DNA of 35,683 nt from an uncultured Anaerolineaceae bacterium (lineage in GTDB: Bacteria; Chloroflexota; Limnocylindria; Limnocylindrales; CSP1-4), in assembly GCA_964629105.1 (NCBI GenBank), contig CAZVPS010000003.1, positions 1 to 35,683 on the forward strand, written 5' to 3'. Each line of letters opens with the position of its first letter. Position 1 is the stretch's first letter. The position numbers and the translations under genes are program-made. Shown here one piece after another: positions 1-8,327 of the stretch. The notes beneath the pieces are model-generated. The model searched no databases, was not told where the DNA came from, and saw only the letters and a program-made list of their open reading frames with translations.

Positions 1-57
1 CGCCTCGTCGCGGAGCACGAGGTCCGCGCAGACGGCGCGCCGCGGGGGCCCGCCTGA
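1..57 (+). CDS. Possible 3' end of an upstream gene (partial, RLVAEHEVRADGAPRGPA*)
   Basis: Frame 1 is open from base 1 to TGA at 55-57 with G/C-ending codons. Too short to assign a function. Confidence 0.3.
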   Translation, partial: RLVAEHEVRADGAPRGPA

Positions 58-88
58 CGGCCGACCCTGCCGGCCGGCGCGGTCGTGT

Positions 89-154
89 ACGACGAGCGGC
101 CCGTGGTTGCGGGTCGCACGGCCCTGACGCGCGGGCACGCGGCCCCGGGACACT
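89..154 (+). promoter_or_regulatory. Putative promoter of the hydrogenase operon, with DosR/DevR-like boxes and a -10-like hexamer
   Basis: GGGTC-GCAC-GGCCC at 111-124, with a weaker copy (ACGAC-GAGC-GGCCC) 22 bp upstream at 89-102. GACACT at 149-154 lies 6 nt before ATG 161. Confidence 0.35.
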
Positions 155-160
155 CGGACC

Positions 161-643
161 ATGAACGAGACCGCCGCGCTCATCGCCGCCCTGAACACGT
201 CGTGGTTCGCATCGGGTCTGAGCGAGAAGGCCCAGACACGCCTGGCGGAGCTCGGCCGCCGCTTCACCGCGGAGCCGGGGACGGAGCTCTTCCGGGAAGG
301 AGAGTCGAGCGACACCTTCGGAATCCTGGTCCACGGCCGCATCGCGCTGCGCACGCTCGTCCCCGAGCGGGGCGACATCACGATCCTCACCGTGGAGCCG
401 GGCGACGTCTACCTCTGGTCGTCCCTCGTCCCGCCGTTCCGGTCCTCGTCGACGGGGACCGCCATCGAGCCGATCGAGGCGATCATCTTCGAGGGCGCCG
501 CGCTCCGTGCCGCCCTCCGCGACGAGTGCGAGCTCGCCACCGCCCTCTACCCGCGCCTTCTCGTCGCCGTCGCCCGCCGCCTCTACGCGACCCGCCTCCA
601 GATGCTGGACCTCTTCGCCACCCAGCAGGTGAAGGAATGGTGA
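161..643 (+). CDS. Cyclic nucleotide-binding (Crp/Fnr-type cNMP) domain protein, hydrogenase-associated
   Basis: 160 aa with the cNMP beta-barrel pattern LFREGE...G.I.L...PGD...WSSLVPP.RSS.T..A.E. No C-terminal HTH. Such genes are known in group 3b hydrogenase operons. Confidence 0.85.
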   Translation: MNETAALIAALNTSWFASGLSEKAQTRLAELGRRFTAEPGTELFREGESSDTFGILVHGRIALRTLVPERGDITILTVEPGDVYLWSSLVPPFRSSSTGTAIEPIEAIIFEGAALRAALRDECELATALYPRLLVAVARRLYATRLQMLDLFATQQVKEW

Positions 644-2628
644 TCCGGGCCGCCCCGCTGCGAGGCCACCGACCGGCCCTGGAGGGACCCGGCTTCCTCG
701 CCCGCGCCGACCTGCAGATCCTCATCGACCTCCTCCGCGAGGAGGGCCGCCGCGTCATCGGCCCGACTGTCTTCGACGGGGCGATCGTCTTCGACGAGAT
801 CACCTCCCTCGACGACCTCCCGCGCGGCATCGGCGACGAGCAGGCACCCGGGCGCTACCGGCTCCGGCGGCGCGGCGACGAGCGCCTCTTCGGCTTCGTC
901 GTGGGACCCACGGCGTGGAAGAAGTGGACCTTCCCCGCCCTCGTGCCCCTGACCCGCGCCTCGAAGGACGGCCACAAGGTCAGCTTCGCCCCCGAGCCGC
1001 CCGACACCGCCCCGATCGCCTTCCTGGGCGCCCGCGCCTGCGACCTCGCCGCGCTCGGCGTGCAGGACACGGTCTTCACGGGGACCGCCTTCGTGGACCC
1101 AGACTACGCCGCCCGGCGGGCCAGGGTCTTCATCGTGGCGGTCCAGTGCACGAACGGCGCCTCGACATGCTTCTGCACCTCCATGGGCACCGGCCCCGAG
1201 GTGGAGGACGGCCACGACATCCTCCTGACCGAACTGGACGGCGGCTTCCTCATCGAGGCGGACACCCCGGCCGGCCACGTCCTGATGGGGAAGCTCCCGC
1301 TGCGCCCGGCCTCGGCCGCGGAGCAGTACGGCGCCGCGGCGACGGTCGCGGCCGTCCGGGCCCGAATCGGCGACCCCGTCCCGGCCGCCGGCCTGCACGA
1401 TCGCCTGCTCGCCCAGCTGGACCACCCGCGCTGGGCCCAGGTCGCCGAACGCTGCATCACCTGCGGGAACTGCACCCTCGCCTGCCCGACCTGCTTCTGC
1501 ACGACCCTCACCCAGACGACCGACCTGACGGGCGTCGACGCGGTGACGTACCGGAGCTGGGACAGCTGCTTCAGCCCGGGTTTCGCCAAGGTGGCCGGCG
1601 GCAGCTTCCGCTCCCGGCCGCGCGACCGCTACCGCCAGTGGCTGACCCACAAGTTCGCCACGTGGTGGGACCAGTTCGGCAGCTCCGGCTGCGTGGGATG
1701 CGGCCGCTGCATCACCTGGTGCCCGGTCGGCATCGACGTCCGCGACGAGCTGAACGCGATCGCCCCGGCGGTCCCGCTCGTTCCCGAAACGCAGCTCGTC
1801 GAACCGGTCGCGGCCACCCCCAACGACTTCGTCACGGCCCGCGTCGTGGCCACCCGCCAGGAGACGCAGGACACGACGACCCTGACCCTGACCGGCACCG
1901 ACCCGGCCTTCGCCCAGGGGAGCACCGGCCAGTTCGCGATGGTCGCGCTGCCGGGCTTCCCGCCGCTACCCATCTCGATCAGCCGCTTCCTCCCCGACGG
2001 GATCGAGCTCACCATCCGCGGCGCGGGCCCCGCCACCAAGGCGATGTGCGCGCTGCAGGTCGGCGAGCAGCTGGGCCTCCGCGGCCCGCTCGGCAACAAC
2101 TGGCCGCTCGACCGCGCGGTCGGGCGTGACCTCGTCATCGTCACCGGCGGCATCGGCCTCGCGCCGCTGCGGCCGGTCCTCCACGCCATCGTGGCCGGCC
2201 GGCGCCGGTTCGGCGACGTGAAGCTGTTCTACGGGGCGCGCACCCCGGCGGACCTCCTCTACCGGGACGAGCTGGAGCGCTGGGCCGCCCGCGACGGGAT
2301 CGAGGTCAGCCTGACCGTCGATCGGGCCGGGCCGGACTGGACGGGACGGGTGGGCGTCGTGACCCTCCTCTTCGACCAGGCCGCCTGGGACGGCGCCAAC
2401 ATGATCGCCTTCGTCTGCGGCCCCGAGCGGATGATGCACGCGACGGCCACCACGCTCGCCGGCCGGGGCGTCTCCGCGTCCCGCATCCACGTCACGCTGG
2501 AGCGGCACATGGAGTGCGGGATCGGCCTCTGCGGCCACTGCCAGATGGGCAAGTACTTCGTCTGCCGGGACGGCCCCGTCTTCTCGATCGCCCAGCTCGG
2601 CGACACCTTCGGCCGGGAGGGCATCTGA
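637..2628 (+). CDS. Fused sulfhydrogenase beta (4Fe-4S dicluster, AsrA/HydB-like) + gamma (FAD/NAD(P)-binding, 2Fe-2S, AsrB/HydG-like) subunit
   Basis: ATG 637 (or GTG 640) overlaps the crp stop. N-half motifs: GARACD, CxxxxxxCFC, CITCGNCTLACPTCFC, CVGCGRCITWCP. C-half motifs: GQFAM, RGPLGN, GGIGLAP, CGPERM, MECGIGLCGHCQ...C. Single open frame, 663 aa. Confidence 0.9.
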   Translation: MVIRAAPLRGHRPALEGPGFLARADLQILIDLLREEGRRVIGPTVFDGAIVFDEITSLDDLPRGIGDEQAPGRYRLRRRGDERLFGFVVGPTAWKKWTFPALVPLTRASKDGHKVSFAPEPPDTAPIAFLGARACDLAALGVQDTVFTGTAFVDPDYAARRARVFIVAVQCTNGASTCFCTSMGTGPEVEDGHDILLTELDGGFLIEADTPAGHVLMGKLPLRPASAAEQYGAAATVAAVRARIGDPVPAAGLHDRLLAQLDHPRWAQVAERCITCGNCTLACPTCFCTTLTQTTDLTGVDAVTYRSWDSCFSPGFAKVAGGSFRSRPRDRYRQWLTHKFATWWDQFGSSGCVGCGRCITWCPVGIDVRDELNAIAPAVPLVPETQLVEPVAATPNDFVTARVVATRQETQDTTTLTLTGTDPAFAQGSTGQFAMVALPGFPPLPISISRFLPDGIELTIRGAGPATKAMCALQVGEQLGLRGPLGNNWPLDRAVGRDLVIVTGGIGLAPLRPVLHAIVAGRRRFGDVKLFYGARTPADLLYRDELERWAARDGIEVSLTVDRAGPDWTGRVGVVTLLFDQAAWDGANMIAFVCGPERMMHATATTLAGRGVSASRIHVTLERHMECGIGLCGHCQMGKYFVCRDGPVFSIAQLGDTFGREGI

Positions 2629-3500
2629 TGACCGCCCACACTCCCACCACCGCCACCGCCCCCGTCGCGGCCCGGCCGCGCGTCGGCGTCGTCAAGTTCG
2701 CCTCCTGCGACGGCTGCCAGCTGACGCTCCTCGACCTCGAGGACGAGCTGCTCTCGGTCGTCGAGCACTTCGAGATCGTCGACTTCCCCGAGGCGACGTC
2801 GGCGCGCTCGGCCGGCCCGTACGACGTCCTGTTCGTCGAGGGGTCGGTCTCCGAGCCGGCGCACCTCGAGCGGATCGTGGAGCTCCGTCGCCACACCCGC
2901 CACCTCGTCACGATCGGCGCCTGCGCCACGGCGGGCGGCATCCAGGCGCTCCGCAACTGGGCCGACCACGACGCCTTCCGGGCCGGCGTGTACGCCCACC
3001 CGGAGTGGATCCAGTCGCTGGCCCGCTCCACCCCGGTCGCCGAGCACGTGACGGTCGACGCCGAGCTGCGCGGCTGCCCGATCGACCCGGGACAGCTCCT
3101 CGAGCTGCTCACGGCGCTCAACACCGGGCGCCGCCCGCAGCTCCGCGACGAAGCCGTGTGCATGGAATGCAAGCGGCGCGGCGTGGTCTGCGTGATGGTC
3201 AGCAAGGGGATCCCCTGCCTGGGGCAGGTGACCCAGACCGGCTGCGGGGCGATCTGCCCGCGCTTCAGCCGCGGCTGCTACGGCTGCTTCGGTCCGCGCG
3301 AGCAGGCGAACGCGGCCGGGCTCACCCGCCACCTCCAGATGGCCGGCGACCGGCCGCGGGAGGAGGTCGGGCGGCTCTTCGCCGGCTTCACCGCGTACAG
3401 CGAGCCGTTCCGGAGCATGGTCACCGAGCTCGGCGGCACGCGTACGGGACGGGGCGCCGCGGCGGCCGAGCCGGCCGCGACGAACGGAGGCAAGGCATGA
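2628..3500 (+). CDS. Group 3b [NiFe]-hydrogenase small (delta) subunit
   Basis: TGATG overlap with the upstream gene. Motifs FASCDGCQ, EGS, GACATAGG, GCP, CMEC..C..C, C..CP...CYGCFGP. 290 aa. Confidence 0.92.
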   Translation: MTAHTPTTATAPVAARPRVGVVKFASCDGCQLTLLDLEDELLSVVEHFEIVDFPEATSARSAGPYDVLFVEGSVSEPAHLERIVELRRHTRHLVTIGACATAGGIQALRNWADHDAFRAGVYAHPEWIQSLARSTPVAEHVTVDAELRGCPIDPGQLLELLTALNTGRRPQLRDEAVCMECKRRGVVCVMVSKGIPCLGQVTQTGCGAICPRFSRGCYGCFGPREQANAAGLTRHLQMAGDRPREEVGRLFAGFTAYSEPFRSMVTELGGTRTGRGAAAAEPAATNGGKA

Positions 3501-4816
3501 GCACGACCACGAAGAAGGTGGTCGACGAGCGCCTCTACGAGGTCGGCGAGCTCACGCGCGTCGAAGGCGAGGGCTCGCTCCGCCTGCGCGTGCGCGACGG
3601 CGAGGTCGTGGAGGCCCGCCTGGGCATCTTCGAGACGCCCCGCTACTTCGAGCAGCTCGTCGTCGGGCGGACGCCCGACGAGGTGATCGACATCGTCGCC
3701 CGGATTTGTGGGATCTGTCCGGTCGCGTACCAGATGAGCGCATCCCACGCCTTCGAAGACCTCTTCGGCGTCCGCATCGACCCCTCCTCGCGGGCGCTTC
3801 GTCGGCTCTTCTACTGCGGCGAATGGATCGAGAGCCACGCCCTCCACATCTACCTCCTCCACGCCCCGGACTTCCTGGGGTACGAGAGCGGCATCGCCAT
3901 GGCGGCCGACCACCGGCCGCTGGTCGAGCAGGCGCTGCGCATGAAGAAGGCGGGCAACCGCCTCGTCACGATCCTCGGCGGCCGGCCCATCCACCCGGTC
4001 AGCGTCCGCGTCGGCGGCTGGTCGCGCGCGCCGCGGACCGCCGAGCTCCGGGAGCACAGGACCGCCCTCGTCGAGGGCCTGGCCTTTGCCCAGGAAACGG
4101 TGAAGCTCGTCGCCGGCTTCACGATGCCGGCCTTCGCCCGCGAGCCGCGGGTCGTCAGCCTCCGCCACGCGGCGGAGTACCCCTTCAACGACGGCCGGAT
4201 CGTCTCGTCGGACGGGATCGACCTGGCTCCCTCCGCCTGGCGGGATGCCTTCCAGGAGGTCCAGGTCGAAGGATCGAACGCCCTCCACGCGCGCTCGCTC
4301 GACGGGAAGGGGCCCTACCTCGTCGGGCCCGCAGCCCGCGTGGGGCTCGCCGCCGACCAGCTCCACCCCCTCGCCAGGGAGGCCCTCGACGCCTCGGGCT
4401 ACGCGGAGCTCATCCGGACGAACATGTACGCCTCGATCGTGGCCCGCGCCGTGGAGCTGGTCCATGCGTTCGCCGAGGCGCTCGACCTCATCGATGCCTA
4501 CCGGCCGCCCGCTGAGCCGCTCGTGCCCTGGCAGAGCCGCCCCGGCGTCGCCGCCTGGGCAACCGAGGCGCCGCGCGGCCTCCTCTTCCACCGCTACGAG
4601 GTGGACGAGGCCGGCCGGGTCAAGTCCGCCCAGATCGTCCCACCCACGAGCCAGAACCAGGCCGCCATCGAGGCCGACCTCGTGGTGGCGGCGAAGGAGA
4701 TCCTCGACCTCCCCCACGACGCGGCGACGCACCGCCTTGAGCAGATGATCCGCAGCTACGACCCCTGCATCAGCTGCGCCACCCACTTCCTCGACCTCAC
4801 CATCGAGGAGGCGTGA
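3497..4816 (+). CDS. Group 3b [NiFe]-hydrogenase large (alpha) subunit
   Basis: ATGA overlap and GGAGG SD. Motifs TRVEGEG, L1 RICGICPVAY, EAPRG and L2 RSYDPCISCATH, followed by a short cleavable tail (FLDLTIEEA). 439 aa. Confidence 0.95.
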   Translation: MSTTTKKVVDERLYEVGELTRVEGEGSLRLRVRDGEVVEARLGIFETPRYFEQLVVGRTPDEVIDIVARICGICPVAYQMSASHAFEDLFGVRIDPSSRALRRLFYCGEWIESHALHIYLLHAPDFLGYESGIAMAADHRPLVEQALRMKKAGNRLVTILGGRPIHPVSVRVGGWSRAPRTAELREHRTALVEGLAFAQETVKLVAGFTMPAFAREPRVVSLRHAAEYPFNDGRIVSSDGIDLAPSAWRDAFQEVQVEGSNALHARSLDGKGPYLVGPAARVGLAADQLHPLAREALDASGYAELIRTNMYASIVARAVELVHAFAEALDLIDAYRPPAEPLVPWQSRPGVAAWATEAPRGLLFHRYEVDEAGRVKSAQIVPPTSQNQAAIEADLVVAAKEILDLPHDAATHRLEQMIRSYDPCISCATHFLDLTIEEA

Positions 4817-4868
4817 GGGCGCCGATCCCCGGGCCGTCCACCCCACCCCCCGCCACCGCAGTGTCCCG

Positions 4869-5363
4869 ATGACCTCGCGCGTTCCGGTCTTCGTCTGCGG
4901 GGAGCCCGCCCGGGGCGACGACGCCGCCGGGTTCGCTGCCGTCGACCTGCTGGCCCCCGACGTGCGGGCCCGCGCCGAGATCGTCCCGGTCGGCCAGCTC
5001 GACGTGCTGTTCCTCCTGGACCTGCCGGCCGACGTACCCTGCGTCGTCGTCGACGCCGTCGCCGGCCTGGCACCGGGGGAGATCTGGGTTCGGCCGCTCG
5101 CCGCGCTCGTCGACCGGGCGCGGGCCCGGGCGGGCGCGGGGCGGGCACCCGAGCCGCGCTCGTCGCACGAGCTGCCCCTCGAGCAGGTGCTGGCTCTCGC
5201 GGCCCTCCTGCGCGACGCACCGCCGGCCGGGACGTTCGTGGGGATCGGCGGCTTCTGCTGGGACGTGGGGACGCCGCTGACCGCGCCCGTCGCCGCCGGC
5301 CTGCCGGCGTTCACGGCAGCGATCGCTGCGGCCGTCGAGGCGGCGGCCGGAGCGCGCGCGTAG
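4869..5363 (+). CDS. Hydrogenase maturation protease (HycI/HybD family)
   Basis: GEPARGDDAAG, VVVDAV and SSH motifs. Directly follows the large subunit gene. Confidence 0.85.
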   Translation: MTSRVPVFVCGEPARGDDAAGFAAVDLLAPDVRARAEIVPVGQLDVLFLLDLPADVPCVVVDAVAGLAPGEIWVRPLAALVDRARARAGAGRAPEPRSSHELPLEQVLALAALLRDAPPAGTFVGIGGFCWDVGTPLTAPVAAGLPAFTAAIAAAVEAAAGARA

Positions 5364-5436
5364 GCCAGCGCCGAGACGTAGGCCAGCACCCAGGCGTGAG
5401 CCGGCCCGCGCCGGAGGGTGAGCCCGGCGCGATCGG

Positions 5437-6489
5437 CTACTTCGGGTAGATCGCGTCGATCGTGGAGGCGTCGAGCCAGGCGGGCTCGACGAGCAGCAGC
5501 GGCCCGACGGTCTTGCCGGCGACCAGGTCGAGGATGGCCGGCACGATCGTCCGCCCGTAGCGCTCGGGGAAGAAGGCAGCGTCGCCGAGGTAGTGCTCGT
5601 TCGTGCGGATCTGCTCGCGCGCCCGCTCCTCCCCGCCCTGCCCGGAGACCCAGACGTCGCCTTCGCGGCCGGCGGCCATCGCGGCGGCCAGGGCACCGAT
5701 CGCCGCGTCGCCGTTGACCGCGACGACGATGATCTTCGACTTGCCGGCCAGGGTCCCGAGGACGTCCGTCATCGCCTTCGTCGCGGCCGACTCGGTGTCG
5801 ATCGCCCGGCCGATCTGCTCGTTCGTGATCGGGCAGACGGCGGAGAAGCCCTGGCGATAGCCCTCCATCCGGAGGCGGCTCTTCGCCGCCGCCGCGGCGG
5901 ACTCGAACGAGACGTACGCGTCGTAGGTGCAGCTCCAGCGTTCCTTGACCCACGCCCCGACGGCGCGGCCGGCGATCTGGCCGGCGCGCAGGTCGTCCGC
6001 GGCGACGAGCGTCTTCGCGCAGGGATCCTGGGCGAACTCGACGGCGAGCACGGGCACGCCCGCCGGTGTCTCGGTGCAGACGACCGCGGGGTCGGCGAGC
6101 GTCCCCTGGAACTGGATGATCCCCTTGACGCCAGCCTCCGTCAGCTGCTTCATGCAGCCCGCGACCCGGTTCGGGTCCAGGTTCGCGTCGCACTCCACGA
6201 GCTCGGCGCCGGCCAACTGCGCCTGGGCGCGGATCCCCTCCGAGACCTGGAAGACGAACGGGACGATCTCGCCGTACGAGACGTAGCCGAGCTTGACGCC
6301 AGCGCCGGCTCCCTGGGCGACGCCGTCGTACGGGTTGGCCGACGGGCTGGGCGTCGGGGCGAGCGTCGGCGTCGGCGAGGCCTGGCCGCCGGCCCCCGGC
6401 ACGCACGCGGCCGCGGCGAGGGCGGCGACGACGAGGAGCGCGACGACGCGGCCGGCGCGAATGGGCGACGACGGGCGCGGGTTGAGCAC
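5437..6489 (-). CDS. Sugar ABC transporter substrate-binding lipoprotein (RbsB/LacI-type periplasmic binding fold)
   Basis: GTG at 6489 after a GGAGGA SD. Lipobox LAAAAC and a PT/PS linker. Motifs PFVFQVSEGI, DDLRAGQIAG, RMEGY, NGDAAIGAL, FFPERYG. Confidence 0.85.
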   Translation of the reverse strand: MLNPRPSSPIRAGRVVALLVVAALAAAACVPGAGGQASPTPTLAPTPSPSANPYDGVAQGAGAGVKLGYVSYGEIVPFVFQVSEGIRAQAQLAGAELVECDANLDPNRVAGCMKQLTEAGVKGIIQFQGTLADPAVVCTETPAGVPVLAVEFAQDPCAKTLVAADDLRAGQIAGRAVGAWVKERWSCTYDAYVSFESAAAAAKSRLRMEGYRQGFSAVCPITNEQIGRAIDTESAATKAMTDVLGTLAGKSKIIVVAVNGDAAIGALAAAMAAGREGDVWVSGQGGEERAREQIRTNEHYLGDAAFFPERYGRTIVPAILDLVAGKTVGPLLLVEPAWLDASTIDAIYPK

Positions 6490-6631
6490 GGGTGATCCTC
6501 CGGTCGATCGGGGTCGGGGCCGGCGGCTGGGCCGCCCGGGGCGGGTGCTGTGCCGGTCGGGGCAAGGATACGGGATCGCCGATCGAGGGGCGACGACGAC
6601 GGCCGCGGCGGCCGGGGCCCGCTGTCGTTCA

Positions 6632-6687
6632 GCGCCGGGGACGGTGGAGGGCGATGGCGCCGGGGACGGTGGAGGCGGATGGCGCCG
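6632..6687. repeat. 25-bp tandem repeat (about 2.2 copies)
   Basis: GCGCCGGGGACGGTGGAGGGCGATG at 6632-6656, GCGCCGGGGACGGTGGAGGCGGATG at 6657-6681, then a partial GCGCCG. Confidence 0.85.
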
Positions 6688-6699
6688 CCCCCCACTTCC

Positions 6700-6810
6700 A
6701 GCACGCCGCCTGCTGAGAATCCGGGCCTCCACGCTCAGGGATCCCGGCCAACTCCGGGTTCGCCGGGAACCTCACGCTCAAGTGACCCAGAGTCCAGCAG
6801 GCGCGCTGCT
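6700..6810 (-). other. Rod-like imperfect palindrome, element A (candidate ncRNA or REP-like element)
   Basis: Nested stems read on the minus strand: GCCTGCTG/CAGCAGGC, TCTGGGTC/GGCCCGGA, GGTTCCCGGC/GCCGGGATCC. TGAGCGTG occurs on both arms. Confidence 0.55.
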
Positions 6811-6834
6811 AGCACCGGCCGCGGCGGCCGGCGC

Positions 6835-8307
6835 TCAGCGGCGGGGCTGCTCCTCCACGGCGCCCAGGACGGCGTTGACGGGAGCCAGCCGCGCGTGCAG
6901 GTCCTCGTACTCGGGCGCGAGCCGGTCGTAGATCGCCCGCGCGGCAGGGCTCGGTGCCAGGCGCTCGGCGATCCCCACGAGGGCGTCGATCCCCGCCCAC
7001 TCGTCGACCGCCAGCCCGGCCCCGACCGCGGCGAGGACGGCCGCGCCGGCCACGGAGGCCTCCGCGATCCGGGGCACCGCCACCTCGACCCCCAACACGT
7101 CGGCCTTCACCTGGTTCCAGAGGCGGCTCGCGGCCGAGCCCCCGGTCACCCGCAGCTCCGTGAACGGCAGCCCCGCGGCCACCGCCGGCGCGGCAACGTG
7201 GCGCAGGGCGAATGCCGCCGCCTCGAGCACCGCCCGGACCAGGTGGGCCCGGCGATGGCGCAGCGTCAGGCCGACGAACGCCCCGCGCGCCGCCGGATCG
7301 TGGAGCGGCCAGCGCTCGCCCGCGAGGTAGGGCAGGAAGAGGAGCCCCCCGGCGCCGACCGGGGCCGTCGCCGCCTCGGCCAGCAGCTCGGCCAGGGGCG
7401 TCGACCCGCCGAGCACGTCGTCCACCAGCCAGTCCAGCGCCTTGCCCGTCCCGGCCATCGCCCCGCCGACGTAGTGGAGGCCGACCAGGGGCGCGGGCCC
7501 CGTCCAGAGCGGCGGCACGACAACCGGGCGCTCGACGTAGAGCCCGAAGCCGCCGGACGTCCCGCCGGTGTCGATCGCCTGGCCCGGGGCCGTGAGCCCG
7601 GCGCCGAGGAACGTCGCGATCGCGTCGTTCGCACCGGCCACGACCGGGAGATCAAGGGGGAGGCCCAGCTCTGCAGCCGACCCGGCCCGGAGCCCGCCGA
7701 TCACGGTGCCGGCCCGGACCGGCGGCGGGGCGATCCGCTCGTCGAGCCCGGCGGCCCTTGCCTCCGCCGCGGTGATCGCCTCCGACGGGTCCTGCAGCGA
7801 CGCGGCCGCCACGCCGGTCAGGCGGAACGCCACGTGGTCCCACGCCGAGAGGAACCAGGCGGCGCCCTCGGCCACCTCCGGGCGAAGCGTCGCGAGGAGG
7901 CGCGCCCGGCCGAGCAGCCCCACCACCCAGCCCTGGCGGCCGATGGCGGCCGCAGCCGCCGCCGTCTCGCCGCCCGCGCGCCGGTCGAGCCACGTGATGG
8001 CCGGCGCCAGGGCGTGGCCGTCGGCGGCGGTCGCCACGAGCGTGGGGCCCTGGCCGACGACGCAGATGGCGATCGGCTCGACCGGGCCGTCCACCGCGGC
8101 CTGGGCCCGGGCGATGCCGATCCCGCGGACGAGCGCCGTCCACCAGGCATCCGGGCGCTGCTCGGCGCGACCCGGGACGCCGTCGAGCAGCAGGGCGTAC
8201 GGAACCCGGGCGAAACCACGAAGGCGCCCGTCCGGGGAGAGGACGCCTGCCTTCACGGCGGAGGTCCCGAGGTCGACGGCGACGAGGACGCGGGGATCGG
8301 CGGTCAC
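6835..8307 (-). CDS. FGGY-family carbohydrate kinase (xylulokinase-like)
   Basis: Motifs AVDLGTSAVKA, AITWLDRR, GAND, DTGGTSG, FLPYLAGER.P, GGSAAS.LWNQ.KAD. GTG start at 8307 is inferred. Confidence 0.9.
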   Translation of the reverse strand: MTADPRVLVAVDLGTSAVKAGVLSPDGRLRGFARVPYALLLDGVPGRAEQRPDAWWTALVRGIGIARAQAAVDGPVEPIAICVVGQGPTLVATAADGHALAPAITWLDRRAGGETAAAAAAIGRQGWVVGLLGRARLLATLRPEVAEGAAWFLSAWDHVAFRLTGVAAASLQDPSEAITAAEARAAGLDERIAPPPVRAGTVIGGLRAGSAAELGLPLDLPVVAGANDAIATFLGAGLTAPGQAIDTGGTSGGFGLYVERPVVVPPLWTGPAPLVGLHYVGGAMAGTGKALDWLVDDVLGGSTPLAELLAEAATAPVGAGGLLFLPYLAGERWPLHDPAARGAFVGLTLRHRRAHLVRAVLEAAAFALRHVAAPAVAAGLPFTELRVTGGSAASRLWNQVKADVLGVEVAVPRIAEASVAGAAVLAAVGAGLAVDEWAGIDALVGIAERLAPSPAARAIYDRLAPEYEDLHARLAPVNAVLGAVEEQPRR

Positions 8308-8327
8308 GAGCGCGATGGTAGGGGCCC

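Noticed and set aside
85-636. N-terminal extension of the 847-aa ORF 85..2628
   Set aside because: Arg/Pro-rich shadow translation overlapping the real cNMP gene. The credible start is 637 or 640.
3278-6565. 1095-aa minus-strand ORF and similar long ORFs (10436..13024 +, 16086..17948 +, 25494..28307 +, 32776..34887 +)
   Set aside because: Antisense or alternate-frame ORFs typical of very high GC DNA. They have no motifs and overlap well-supported genes.
6700-6810. TPP riboswitch, SRP RNA or 6S RNA assignment for element A
   Set aside because: GCTGAGA and GAACCT are present on + but the rest of the TPP core is missing and the orientation is wrong. There is no SRP helix-8 motif. It is short for 6S and lacks a large open bubble. 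Left unassigned.
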